Shown here piece by piece: positions 38,021-50,429 of a stretch of DNA of 64,000 nt. Position numbers and translations under genes: made by a program. Source of the DNA: Octopus sinensis. Taxonomy: Eukaryota. The notes beneath the pieces were generated by a model. The model was not told the DNA's origin. It made no database searches and saw only the letters and a program-made list of their open reading frames with translations. Each line of letters begins with the position of its first letter. The stretch's first letter is position 1. The stretch covers positions 204,042,001 through 204,106,000 of the forward strand of contig NC_042998.1 of NCBI RefSeq assembly GCF_006345805.1. The letters run 5' to 3'.

Positions 38021-38702
38021 GTAAAAATGTATGTGTGCGTGCATATGATGTGTGTGTGGAAGAAGTTGCTTCCATTCCATTTATGACGGTTATTCTTTAT
38101 ATTTTCTGAGAAGATATTTCAGGACTATGTTTTATTAACGCGTCTGGCATATTTGCTTCCATGTTTCATTTGGTTTCCTTTTGAAATCCTATCTCTGCTG
38201 AGAAATGGTGCGAGCGAGGAAAAGAAATTTATTAAAGCAACACTAAAAATCCAAAAGCGCAGACAATATGGCGTGGAATAAAGAAAAGGCGGCAATGAGA
38301 GAGAGGGTAGGGGGGAGAGAAAAGGTAGGGAAAGAGAGAGAAGATATAAAAAAAGTACGAAAAGAAAATGAGGTTGAAATGAACGAAAGCAAGATAAAAA
38401 AAAAATTGAAAAGGTGAAATAAATAAAATAAAACTGATGACGTCATATGAAATCTTTATTTTTTTTGTGTTTCTTGTTAATTTCTGTTTTATTTGTGTGT
38501 TTGTTGTCAAAAATTCTTCTAATGCTGCTTGACGTTAAATGATATTGTTATCATCAGAAATAGTAGACTATAGGAGTTCTATATGTTATAGAACTTACAT
38601 GTGTTTCTATGTCTGTAGACTTTACGTAGTATAGTCCATCCATGTTATGCTCTCATCAGTTTTTCAGAAATGCCCTAACATGCAGGGCAGAAATGAATAG
38701 TA

Positions 38703-38876
38703 CAGGCGCAGGAGTTGCTGTGTGGTAAGTAGCTTGCTAACCAACCACATGGTTGCGGGTTCAGTCCCACTGCGTGGTATCTTGGGCAAGTGTCTTCTGC
38801 TATAGCCCCGGGCCGACTAATGCCCTGTGAGTGGATTTGGTAGACGGAAACTGAAAAGAAGCCTGTCGTATATGTG

Positions 38877-38934
<58 letters not shown>

Positions 38935-39140
38935 CTGTGTTTGTCCCCCTAGCATTGCTTGATAACCGATGCTGCTGTGTTTACGTCCCCGTCACTTAGC
39001 GGTTTGGCAAAAGAGACCGATAGAATAAGTACTGAGCTTACAAAGAATAAGTCCCGGGGTCGATTTGCTCGACTAAAGGCGGTGCTCCAGCATGGCCACA
39101 GTCAAATGACTGAAACGAGTAAAAGAGTAAAGAGTAAAAG
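38703..39140 (+). mobile_element. SINE family A, full length
   Basis: ggcgcaggagttgctgtgtggtaag...(TA)(TG)...gaaacgagtaaaagagtaaagag. Confidence 0.9.
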
Positions 39141-39444
39141 AGTACACACCCACGCATCTCCATAAGTCACACAGTTAACATCCTACCTTTCAATATTACA
39201 CACATACACGCACACAGACATACATACACATATATACAGATAAAGACAGATATAGATACATAGACACATAGCGTGCATGTGTGTGTGTGTGTGTGTTTAC
39301 ATAAATAGATAGATATACATATAGTCCTTTATTTTTTTTCATTTGTTTCAGCCATGTGGCTGCGATCATGCTGGAGCACCACCGTCGGTTTCAAAACGAT
39401 ACTCATGATTATCCTTCGGCTAATTTCCTGTGGGTATGTATGTT

Positions 39445-40120
39445 CAGGGGTTGGACAAAATAATGGAAACCCCTAGCATCATAGCATCTGAATTTTGAAA
39501 TATCCATAAAACCGTCAAAAGCTTGTTTATTTTTATGTTTTTTTTTTAATTTAAAAACAAACATTTGACCCAGACTGCCTTCTTCCACCTGTTAAACATG
39601 GAGGAGGATCTGTGATGATCTGGAGAGGCTATATCTTGGAAATCCGCCGGCCCAATGGTTTCTCTTCATGACAGAATTAATAGTCAAGACTATTTAAGCA
39701 TTTCATCGGATGAAATTCCTCCTATGTTTGCGGAACTGTTTCTGGAGGGAAACACATTGTTTCAGGATGATAATGCACCAATTCACACAGCTAAAGTTGT
39801 TACTGAATGGCACGAGGAACATTCTAGTGAAGTTGAACATCTTATCTGGCCACCACAGTCCCCAGATCTCAATATTTATGGTGAATTTTAGAAAAACAAG
39901 TTAGAAGTCGATATCCTCCACCATCATCACTACAAGAACTGGAGACTGTTTTAGCTGAATGATGGACAAGAATTCCTTTGGAAACAAATTGAAAACTTTG
40001 TACGAGTTCATACCACGTAGACTTCAAGCTGTAGTTACTGCCAAAGACGGTCCAACCTCATAGTAATATAAATGTGTTTGAAATTTTAAGGTGTTTCCAT
40101 TATTTTGTCTAACTCCTCTG
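39445..40120 (+). mobile_element. Internally deleted Tc1-type (DD34E-like) transposon
   Basis: TIRs caggggttggacaaaataatggaaac / gtttccattattttgtctaactcctctg. ORF 39655-39891 has FQDDNAPIH...WPPQSPDLNI. Confidence 0.88.
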
Positions 40121-40130
40121 TGTGTGTGCG

Positions 40131-40161
<31 letters not shown>

Positions 40162-40176
40162 TTGTATGTGTACATA

Positions 40177-40410
40177 TAGGCGCAGGAGTGGCTTGCTAAC
40201 CAACCACATGGTTCCGGGTTCAGTCCCACTGCGTGGCATCTTGGGAGAGTGTCTTCTGCTATAGCCCCGGGCCGACCAATGCCTTGTGAGTCGATTTGGT
40301 AGACGGAAACTGAAAGAAGCCTATCATATATATGTATATATATAAGTGTGTGTGTATAAGTTTGTGTGTCTGTGTTTGTACCCCTAGCATTGCTTGACAA
40401 CCGATGCCTC
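40177..40410 (+). mobile_element. SINE family A 5' half
   Basis: ggcgcaggagtggc...cctagcattgcttgacaaccgatgc. Confidence 0.85.
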
Positions 40411-40578
40411 TGTTTTTTAGATGCCATACATAACTTGAAGGTATGTGGTGCTGACTTTTCTGGGTCATATGATACGCCTAAGTGATATGTTTTTCATTAA
40501 TCACTTTTTGGTTGCCTCTGAGCATATATATTTTTATAATAATATATATATAGATATATTATATAGATATATATATAT

Positions 40579-40625
<47 letters not shown>

Positions 40626-40811
40626 TACTAATATAGAATAAAATCTTTTTCAGAAAAAAAAATTTCATCAAAAGTGGCAGCATATTAAAATACCTTTAAA
40701 GGTAAAAATTATAAACAACTTATAAACAAAGGTAAAAGAAAAATTATTTCAGCATATTGGCATAGACATAATTTTTCTTTTTCCCTTGTTTATAAGTTGT
40801 GGGGGTGTGTG

Positions 40812-40876
<65 letters not shown>

Positions 40877-41159
40877 TGTGTAGTTCATCTTCATTAGGTT
40901 ACATAAGATTTATGGAACAGTAATCTAAATTATTCGCTACATTAAGGGCCACATCTTATAAACTACCAACGGAAGTATTAGTTTCTTAAGAATTGAATAG
41001 TCGGAGATTCTTAAACTAACTTAGATATAAGATCTTTCTGTTTCTTTGTAGATTGAATTCATTGCAGTTCATAAGTGAAAAGAGATCGTCGTCACGTTAG
41101 AGAGAGGCCGATACCATCAATTACCTCGGTTCCATCGTTTGCTTCCTGATTCCATCTCT

Positions 41160-41520
41160 TTACTCTTTTACTCTTTTACTTGTTTCAGTCATTTGACTGC
41201 GGCCATGCTGGAGCACCGCCTTTAGTCGAGCAAATCGACCCCGGGACTTATTCTTTTGTAAGCCCAGTACTTATTCTATCGGTCTCTTTTGCCGAACCGC
41301 TAAGTGACGGGGACGTAAACACAGCAGCATCTGTTGTCAAGCAATGCTAGGGGGACAAACACAGACACACAAACACATACACACACATATATATACATAC
41401 ATATATACGACAGGCTTCCTTCAGTTTCCGTCTACCAAATCCACTCACAAGGCATTGGTCGGCCCGGGGCTAAATGCAGAAGACACTTGCCTAAGATGCC
41501 ACGCAGCCACTACTGCGCCT
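41160..41520 (-). mobile_element. SINE family A
   Basis: Reverse complement of 10213-10659. Confidence 0.88.
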
Positions 41521-41714
41521 ATTAGCATCCTTAGCATATTCAGTAGGATTCCTTATTCTAATTGCCGAAGTGTAATTCCAGTTAGTTTTCTACACTTAAA
41601 AACCATCCTAAGATTATTTGGGAATGAGTGGTTCTCTGACATTTTTTATTGCAAACTTTGTTGTTGTTGGTAATCTGTAAGACTCCATGGTTAATGTATT
41701 TCTTTTTTCGTTTA

Positions 41715-41870
41715 TTTAAGGACAGCGTAGTGGCAGAATCGTTTACACGCCCACCATGCTAAATGGCATTTCGTTTCTCTTTACGTTCTGAGTTCAAATT
41801 CCACCGAGGCCGATTTTGACTTCCGTCCTTTCAGGGCCAAGAAAATAGTACCAGTTGTGCACCGGGGATG
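41715..41870 (+). mobile_element. Degenerate SINE family B monomer
   Basis: gtggcagaatcgttt...ttacgttctgagttcaaattccaccgaggcc...taccagttgtgcaccgggg. Confidence 0.7.
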
Positions 41871-42359
41871 GATTGAAAATCAATATCTTTTGAAGAATTT
41901 CAATTTATCTTCCTTCAAGAAACTGTGATGGAACAGTAGACAAGGCGACGGTAAGGTTTGTTATCTTCATGGCAACGGTTCCTAGAATCTTTGCAAAAAT
42001 GAAAATAGAGGTTCACAGAATTTAGCAGTTCTGATATTTCCCTATTAAGATCGTCTTGGAAAGAAAGAAAAGAATTCAGTGTTTCTTAAATTTAATATTT
42101 CTAACGAGAGCTAATAGGTCGTCTTCAAAAGATGGAAGTAATTGATTAAGAATATTTCGTTTGTTGATTTAAACACTGGAATCGTTCGCTGAGTTGAAAC
42201 GTAAGAACAAAATTAACTGTTCATTCAACATGGCTTCTTAAGATAGCTTTTGAAAGAAAGAAGGAAAGTAGAGGAAGAAAGGAAGAAAAATCTCCCGTTT
42301 CACACTCTTTAGTCTTCTCTCTCTTTTCTTCTTTCTCTCTCTCTTTTCTTCTTTCTCTC

Positions 42360-42640
42360 CTATCTTTTATCTTTTACTTGTTACAGTCATTAGACTGCGG
42401 TCATGCTGGGGCACCACCTCGAAGTACTTTTAGTCGAATGAATCGAGCCCAATTCATATTATTATTTAATTATAGCCTGGTAGTTATTCTATCGATCTCT
42501 TTGCTGAACTGCCATGTTACATGGCCGAAAATACACCAACATCGATTTCAAACGATGGTGAGGATAAATACAGACACAGAGATTCACACACGCAGATACA
42601 TACATACTCGCACGCGCGCGCACACACACACACACATTAT
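42360..42640 (-). mobile_element. Degenerate SINE family A 3' half
   Basis: cttttacttgttacagtcattagactgcggtcatgctgggg...ttattctatcgatctctttgctgaac. Confidence 0.7.
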
Positions 42641-42797
42641 ATATATATAAGATAGGTATTGGTATCTAGAAGAGCCAAAGAGTGGCAGGTAATGCTAAGT
42701 AAATGCTACGGACAGACCTTAGTTAAACTCTTGGTTCGATCGTGATACGAGTGGGGAGTTTAATGTAGGTCTTGTATTAGCATGCATATATATATAT

Positions 42798-43030
42798 AAA
42801 AGTTAATCCAAACATGAAAACACAAAGAGAAAACACAACAACGCGAGGACGTGGAACAAATATAGTATTATTGGACGCTCAGGAAAGAAGGGAAGAAGGA
42901 GGGTTTAACGTTTCGAGCGGAGCTCTTCGTCGGAAACATAGGAGAAGGAAAGATCCCGAGAAGGGAAGACAGAGGGAAAAAAATCGCCAGTGGTACTCAC
43001 GAAGTCACATATTGAAAGACGGAAGTAGTA
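42798..43030 (-). mobile_element. Family D short element with minimal hammerhead-like motif, in (TA)n
   Basis: Minus strand gttt-CCGACGA-a-gagc-tcc-gctc-GAAAC-GTT-aaac at 42903-42937; homologous to 16056-16200 and 56935-57105. Confidence 0.7.
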
Positions 43031-43052
43031 AGTATATATATATATATATAAA

Positions 43053-43518
43053 TATTAGACAGGAATATATTACAAGGCCAAGGCTGTGAGGAGTTTTCAG
43101 GACATTTATAAGGAAAGAAATATAGTCTTACTGCCCAAAACCCCTTTCGAATGGGCAACACAGAATCCACGGCCCCATACTTTGAAATGACTAAACACCA
43201 ACTACTATCGGAACTTACATACCATGTACAGGAAACTTTTTTCCTACTTCTCTACACCACTTTCTTCGAATAATGGAACAGCAACGACAATATTTTATAT
43301 GCTATTTCTATTTTCCTTCTCTTATTTCACTCTATTTTCCCTTTCTTCTCCTTTTCCATAATAATTTCCTTATTTCGAACCCAAGCACTTACCTCTCTGG
43401 CATCGTCTCTGATGAAGGGATATCCGTAATATCACTGAAACAGCTGTAAGACTATTTCATTATAAATATCCTGAAAACTCGTCACAGCCTTGACTTTGTT
43501 ATCTGTTCTTGTCTAATA
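43053..43518 (+). mobile_element. Foldback Penelope-like derivative with ~75-bp inverted terminal repeat and canonical hammerhead
   Basis: Arms 43053-43131 and 43446-43518; hammerhead at 43405-43452. Confidence 0.7.
43405..43452 (+). ncRNA. Type I hammerhead ribozyme (minimal, palindromic stem III)
   Basis: gtct-CTGATGA(43409-43415)-agggatat ccgta atatcact-GAAA-c agct-GTA(43446-43448)-agac. Stem I gtct/agac; stem II 7/8 pairs; acagctgt palindrome. Confidence 0.8.
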
Positions 43519-43655
43519 CATATGTGTGTATGTGTGTGTGTGGTGTGTGTGTGTATGTGCGTGTGTGTGTGTGTGTGTGTGGTGTGTGTGTGTGTGTGTG
43601 TGTGGAACTCAATATACGTATGCTTCAGAACGAATTGTTAAGATGAGTCGAGAGA

Positions 43656-43890
43656 TAAGAAAATGAGATGACAAAACAGTAAACGGTTATCATATGAACT
43701 TCATTAGCTTAAAGCTCTTTCTGCAATAAAAATGTTGTGGACCCAAAGACTAATACGTCTGAGGCTCTGACGAAGTTATAAGGTGTTACACAGGCACTCA
43801 GCTATGAGTCCACTACATCTTATAATAGAAACAGCTGTAAGCTGATGAAATTCATTAGGTAATTGTTTATTTCCTCATTTCATTTTCTTA
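43656..43890 (+). mobile_element. Second foldback element with decayed hammerhead
   Basis: Imperfect arms 43656-43711 and 43838-43890; gaaacagctGTAagctga at 43828-43845; upstream tcagct-atga (core partly deleted). Confidence 0.55.
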
Positions 43891-44959
43891 TATATGTATC
43901 AGGAGTATCGGCGCCAGTGTTTGGCAGGGTGTGCTTCAAAGTACTACTACAGCAGCCGTCTCCTTGAATTTGGAGTAACAACAGCCGGCAGGTCAGCTTA
44001 TTAGATGTATAGTAAAATGATACTAAAATGACAATAATCTAGGACGTTTATAAGTGCCTCTCCTAAAACAAGGTCTGAAAACTTCTGGAATGCACTTCGC
44101 ATGAATAAATGGTCATCGCTTACATGTGGATGCATGCATGTATGTATGTACGTATGAAAGTATTTATGAATGGAGTGTTCACAAAAGAGTTAGGATTCGG
44201 AGGGACTAATCCCCACAAAAAGAAGCAGATATAATTTGTGGTAAGCTTATTTCGATAAACACAAATAAAAACTGTTCTAAATTCTATCCGAGCTAAATTC
44301 CACATCTACAAAACAATAATGTTTATATTATTTAACTGAGAATAATAATTTGTGTTTCTAACACGTCACTATGTCGCCATATTGCAGCCTAACACGTCTC
44401 AAACTACTTTGTCACGTTCACCGGATGCACTCTGTTTGTATTCTCAACAATAGTTTATACATTCCAAAAACATGATCAAATTTCCAGCACTATTTTGGTT
44501 CACAAATTGTTTGAAAATATAAAAAAGGAAGAAAAAAACTATGAGATGAGAATCTGTCCACCATCGGTGTTATTAATAAGTGAGAATGTGTTAAATATTA
44601 GTCAGGAACTCAACGAAATGGCTGAAGACAAACAATAGGAATAAGAGAAGGTTGTTTCAAGGCATGTACCTACATTATTCAGCTTCTATTTTCCAGACAG
44701 CGGTTGTATCAATAAGCAATCAATCGATCTATTATAAATAACCAAATTAACGCAAATCACACTCTGTCGTCTTAAAAAGGGGAGAGACCCATTGAACAAT
44801 GTAATTCGTAATATACAAACGAATTACATTGTTCGTTGGCAATGGTTGGAGAGATTTGGGCCATACGATTTTCCATTAAAAGCTGACTTGGAACTGTACA
44901 ACAACAAATACACCAGCAACAAAAAATTCTGAAATGCATCTAAATTCAAAGCTTAAGAG

Positions 44960-45150
44960 CAAAGAGGAAAGCAATTTTCTTGAGGTTTTGCTGAAAAACT
45001 CCTAGAATTCGTCAAATGCAAGCACCAAGATTAGTTCGATGAGAATGATTCTCAAATCAAACCTCTCCTAGAAATCATGTACAAAAGACACAAGGTGTGG
45101 ATCTCAAACCATCGTTTGTGGGATGAACACGCCATCACTCTAAAAACTAA
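44960..45150 (+). pseudogene. RTE-clade LINE fragment (EN-RT linker)
   Basis: KHQD*FDENDSQIKPLLEI corresponds to the RTE motif KHQDWFDEND..I..LL. Confidence 0.6.
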
Positions 45151-45158
45151 AATAAGTG

Positions 45159-45258
45159 NNNNNNNNNNNNNNNNNNNNNNNNNNNNNNNNNNNNNNNNNN
45201 NNNNNNNNNNNNNNNNNNNNNNNNNNNNNNNNNNNNNNNNNNNNNNNNNNNNNNNNNN
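45159..45258. other. Assembly gap (100 N)
   Basis: Run of n. Confidence 1.
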
Positions 45259-45259
45259 C

Positions 45260-45650
45260 CCATCCCTCCCATTTATGTTGTCAACTTCAATAAAAGACAT
45301 TCCAGCAATAAGATGCTTTTCCACATTTTTTTAACTGTGAAAACAATTTCATAAAATTGGAAGTTTAATACGGTATACTCGGACACGTAGTTTTGAATGT
45401 AAAAAGTGTGTCATCTTCAAAAGATTTTCTTAATTTGTCGGAACGTGTATGTTTTAGCCAACGTTTTAATTGCCAGCATCAGTACCCGGTACGCATTTAA
45501 GACATGGTACGATAGGATAGGGTATTAAGATATTTTAAATGAGGAGAGTGGTCGATGCGGAAGAGAAGTGGCTAAAGGGGGTCGATGCGGACAGAGAAAT
45601 GGCTAAAGAGGGTCGATGGTCGAAAGAGTTTGGCGACCCTTGGTCTAGAC
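45260..45650. mobile_element. hAT (Charlie-like) transposon/MITE end with subterminal ~30-bp repeats
   Basis: agtttggcgacccttgg followed by tctaga; tandem ggtcgatgcgga.agagaa.tggctaaag.gg. Confidence 0.6.
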
Positions 45651-45689
45651 ATAAAGATTTCGTTGCCGTCAGTGTAGAGACACTGGCTT

Positions 45690-46130
45690 TGCTATGATTC
45701 TCGTAGGAAAGGAATAAAAAAAGAAGAGAAGATTTGGTGCAGAGAGAAAGTTACGACATTTGCAAAATAACGGCAAGCAGAGTTTGATAATAGTCGGATC
45801 ACCCATCTTGGATGGCATCTCCTGAAACTTATTGGCCACGTTCTTGCTTAATCACAAAGCCAACACCACATCTCTCTTATACATCTGCCGCTTTGCAACC
45901 CCAAAAGTGCAATGGCCGCGCGCCTTTTCACTGAGCTGACCTTCCTCAGACAATCGAATCTTACAAAGTGCAGTAATGGAGATCTTGTATCAATGAAACG
46001 CAACAATACAGGGCTCAGCCGGGACCCACACTCCATCAGCACTTCTGTGAGGTGTTCCGTTCACTTGTTTTTGCAATTGTTGTTCCTGCTGCACTGGCTA
46101 ACTTATCTGACTGGCAATATGGGGGACATG
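45690..46130 (-). pseudogene. RTE-clade apurinic endonuclease (APE) fragment
   Basis: Minus strand ITALCKIRLSEEGQLSEK...KNVANKFQEMP...LCLPL corresponds to RTE IAALSETRL.EEGQL.E. Confidence 0.65.
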
Positions 46131-46778
46131 TTTTCTAGGCCCTTCACAGTAAATTAGGGGAGCAGTCTTGATGCTCTGCGTAGGGTTTCTCAAGTTGTTA
46201 TATAATTTTGAGAATGCAGATTTTGCCAGCACTATTCGTCTTTCGACCTCCTCCTTCACTCATCTTGCGTCTTTTGTGGGCTGTGCAGTATAAGAGTCTC
46301 GGTGGATGATCTTTGAGTGATGGACAAAGGAAGATTTCGATCAAGTGACAGGCGTTCCGGTAAACCTAGATGCAGCAGTCACGCTGCGGTAAAGGCAACG
46401 GAAAATCACTTCGCTACTTTACAATTCCCAAGAACAAGCACGGGTTGTTGCCATTCAATGCTAGAAGATAGAGGCGCGAAGGGGGTTTGTCTGTCTAATG
46501 AGGATGGCTTCATGCCTGGGTGAGCAATGTCCTCGTGAAATCACTGAGATATAAAGATTCCACTCAAATCCATTGCCTATCATGATCCAAGAAGACGAAT
46601 GCCCTGTTGTCCAATGAGCAGGTTAGAAACCGGATGCTTTACAACTTGCCGTATGGGCACACTTCGCCATTCAACCTCCGCCAAAGGACATTGAAAGACC
46701 AGCATGGAGAACAATGTTTGTTTTTCGTTTCATAAAGTACTGAAAGGATTAAGAGTGGTGGTCATGGGAAATATATAC

Positions 46779-47174
46779 TACTAGCAGTATCGCCCGGCGT
46801 TGCTCGGGTTTGTAAGGGAAATAACTATATAAGCATTTTTAGCGATGTAAAGTATAATAGCCATCTCAATATGGCTAACCACAAAGGGCGGGGTGTTACT
46901 GTAGCTTTTTACGTTCTGAGATTTAATAATAAATTTTTAGAGAGTTACTTCCCTTATATATGCCAAAAATGCATTAAAAATGGGAAAAATTGATGGTAAT
47001 TTTTTTTATCGTAGACTCATCGTAAACGCGCGCTAATACCCAGAAGGGCTCGATATGAATCACGATTATAAGATACCCGCTTTTGGTTAAACTGCACCAC
47101 AAAATGTGGGAGTAGTTAGGAATCTAAATCGTAGGAGACAGACAGCACACAACCTCACTTTTATATATAAAGAT
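46779..47174 (+). mobile_element. Non-autonomous Helitron/Helentron-type (HINE/DINE-like) element
   Basis: 5' actagc...cgcccggcgttgctcggg subterminal palindrome; 3' acagacag...cttttatatataaagat. Confidence 0.7.
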
Positions 47175-47519
47175 TACAACGTATTAAAGTAGCTGTGCAG
47201 CTTAAATAGCAATTCGCAATGTGACCACACACACATGCATACACTTACACGGATACACACACACTTACACACATACACGCACGCACACACACCTATATCA
47301 AAAATAGTCTATTTAACAGTTCAAACTTTGGTTTTTTTCTTCAACGAACAACTTGAGTTAGTTCCGACAAGAAAGGTTAGAGGTCAAATAGTGAAAGTTC
47401 GATTTAAATATATCAATTGTTATCGAATCTTCATCACCAAACCCTGAAATGATCGATTCTTCATCAGTTCGTGACGTTGGAAGAAGTTACAGGAATAATT
47501 CTTTCATTCATCTCTTTCT

Positions 47520-47620
47520 TTCTTTCTTTCTTTCTTCTTCTTCTTCTTCTTCTTCTTCTTCTTCTTCTTCTTCTTCTTCTTCTTCTTCTTCTTCTTCTTT
47601 CTTCTTCTTCTTCTTTCTTC
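47520..47620 (+). repeat. (TCT)n microsatellite
   Basis: Direct reading. Confidence 0.95.
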
Positions 47621-47684
47621 TTCCTGTGTTTGTGGTTTCGTTTTATGATAGACATGATGTGATCTCTGTAGAGATGCGTGACAT

Positions 47685-47830
47685 CTTAGCGGAAGTAAAG
47701 CGCAGCAGTCACAGTTGTATGTCTAAGAAAGGACGGTGATGATTAAAATGGCGGCTGTTGTTTCAAGCGGGAAAACTGATAAATAACAATCCGAGTTCAG
47801 AACCCACGTGACTATCACAACTTACCAACT
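47685..47830. promoter_or_regulatory. Candidate core promoter / first-exon region
   Basis: GCGGAAGT (47689-47696), AAAATGGCGGC (47745-47755), CACGTGAC (47805-47812) and a minus-strand G|GTAAGT donor (47826/47825), in non-repetitive CpG-containing sequence. Confidence 0.35.
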
Positions 47831-47929
47831 TCAACGACGATAACATTATTGCGAGTTCCTTGATTTCAAAGAAGTTTACAATCATAATAAACTGTCTCCA
47901 AACTTCTTGGTTCTTACTGCTACTACTAC

Positions 47930-47964
<35 letters not shown>

Positions 47965-48049
47965 TCATTTCCATTTTACTTCTCATATACCTCGATTTTA
48001 CTTCCTCCAGTTAACTCTGTAACAGCGGACAGAAACATATCAAAGGCCT

Positions 48050-48078
48050 CAATTATTATCATATTATTATTATTATTA

Positions 48079-48151
<73 letters not shown>

Positions 48152-48190
48152 CATTATGATTATTATTATTATTATTATCATTATTCAGTA
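48050..48190 (+). repeat. (TTA)n, i.e. (TAA)n tail/target of the adjacent Dong element
   Basis: Direct reading. Confidence 0.95.
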
Positions 48191-49690
48191 GTTTTATTTT
48201 TATAGCGTGCTTTCACTTCACTACCGAGCGCAGCTCTGTGTGCCTTGGGTATGTGCTGTGATTTGTTGTGATGCTCTGATGGCTATTGTATGGAAAGTGT
48301 TCTGTGTAGGATGTGTGCAGTGCCCAGTAGTGCAATTTTCTGTATGTTATATGTGTTTGTAAGTCCTGGTGTTTTTGTTATGTATTTGTCTGAATATCTT
48401 TTTATCATGCCTAATGCACCTACTATGATAGGAATTGTTTCTGTTTTTAGACTCCACATTCTAGTTACCTCTATTTCCAGGTCTTTGTATTTGAGAGTTT
48501 CTCCATTTCTTTTAGAGACACGTTGTCATCTGCTGGTATTGATACATCAATTAGAAAGCATTTTTTTTTCTTCATGATCTCTGACAACTATATCTGGTCT
48601 GTTGGCCTTAATTTCTCTATCTGTGTGTATTAGCATATCCCAGAGTATGGTTGCTTTCTCGTTTTCTGTGACCTTTTCTGGTGTGTGCCTATACCATCTT
48701 TTTTCTGTAGTTATTCCATAATGTTGGCATAGCTTCCAATGTATGTAGGTTCCAACTCTGTCATGTCTGTAAATATATTCCTTCTTAGCCAGGACTGGGC
48801 AGCCAGAGATAATATGATTTATTGTTTTTTGTCCATCTCCACATATTCTGCAGTTACTTGTAATATTTCTTTTCATTACATGTTTTTGGTAATTTCTGGT
48901 GGGGAGGCTTTTGTCTTGTGCTGCAATTAAAAATCCCACCGTCTCTGCTTTCAGTCCTGAGCTTCTCAACCACATTTAATTTTGTCCAGTATTTGCTATG
49001 AAGGGGCTTTTCTTGCCGTCGTTTTATCATGGTTCGTTGCTGTTCTAGTTTTAGATTGGATTTCCTTTGTTTTATAGCTTTTGTTGTGTCTTCTTCTTCT
49101 TCTTCTTCTTCTTCTTCTTCTTCTTCTTCTTCTTCTTCTTCTTCTTCTTCTTCTTCTTCTTCTTCTTCTTCTTCTTCTTCTTCTTCTTCTTCATATTTGT
49201 TAGGTGGTATGATTTGTCAGCTTCCTTAAATACTGAGAACAGTTTTTTGTTTTGCTCGTGTTTTGCCGCTATTTGTATCAGTTTTCCTTCCTTCTGAAGT
49301 AGATATTTTTGCAGTCCTATGGTGGTTATTTTATAGTAGTTTTCCAGCTGTATAAGGCCTCTACCACCTTCTATACGTTGTATATATAGCCTTTCTATGT
49401 CAGAATTTGGGTGGAGCATCCTAGATCCTGTCATTATTTTTCTTGTTTTCCTGTCTATTTTGGTTAGTTCATTTAGTGTCCAGTTAAGGATATTGTAGCT
49501 GTAACTTATAACTGGGACGGCTAAAGTGTTAATATCTATTATCTTGTTTTTAGCATTGAGCTCTGTTTTTAGTATTGATCTAACTCGTCTATAGTATTCT
49601 TTCTTTATTTTCTCTTTCATTTGTGTGTGTTGTGTCTTATTGTCTTATGTGTGTGTTGTGTCTTATTGTGTGTGTTGTGTTCATGGATTC
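48190..49690 (-). mobile_element. 5'-truncated R4/Dong-clade LINE (RT thumb, CCHC knuckle, RLE, 3' UTR), frameshifted
   Basis: RLYIQRIEGGRGL (49072-49620); CRICGDGQKTINHIISGC and ANRPDIVV (48547-48975); IQKIALLGTAHIL; (TAA)n at both ends. Confidence 0.92.
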
Positions 49691-49696
49691 CTATTT

Positions 49697-49733
<37 letters not shown>

Positions 49734-49799
49734 CATTATCCTCATCATCATTATCATTATTATAAATAATTATTATTATTACTATTATTATTACTATTG

Positions 49800-50330
49800 T
49801 GAGAGAGAGAAGAGCATGCCATCAAAGTGACACTGGTGAAAAAATTTACGAAGCCCAGTATACCCATCATGACTACCCATCTGATAAGGGTACACCAGGA
49901 ACGTGCATCACAACCATATGTGCGTGACATGGTGATTTCATATCAAGATTAACAGCGCATGACCTTCTAGGTGGGGCCCAGTTAGGATTTTCTTCAGGTC
50001 AAATAGCCCATCCCGCTCAAAAGATCCCTGAATAAGGGTCGTTTAAGGATGTTGAACAAAACACCCGATTCTAAAGGTGAATTATCCAAACCCCAAAGAA
50101 TCCCTCTCAACACATGGCTATGATGCTCCCCCACTACTTCTGCTCGTGGTCAGAGATGCACATATCATCAGCCACTAAGGAACATGCTCAACTGGTTAAG
50201 GTCAAACAACTGACAAGTAAATCTGTGGTATTGAGCAGAATATTTGCTGTAGCCCATCTTTTACATGATAACACTTCCAGTCAGTTAAGATCAGACGCCA
50301 TGAGAGCCACTGCCTGGTAGTGCATCAGGG
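49800..50330. mobile_element. Non-coding ~530-bp interspersed repeat (copy 3) in (TTA)n
   Basis: Matches 1556 and 5525 copies; ends gcatcagggca followed by (TTA)n. Confidence 0.88.
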
Positions 50331-50367
50331 CATTATTATTATTATTATTATCATTATTATTATTATT

Positions 50368-50427
<60 letters not shown>

Positions 50428-50429
50428 AT

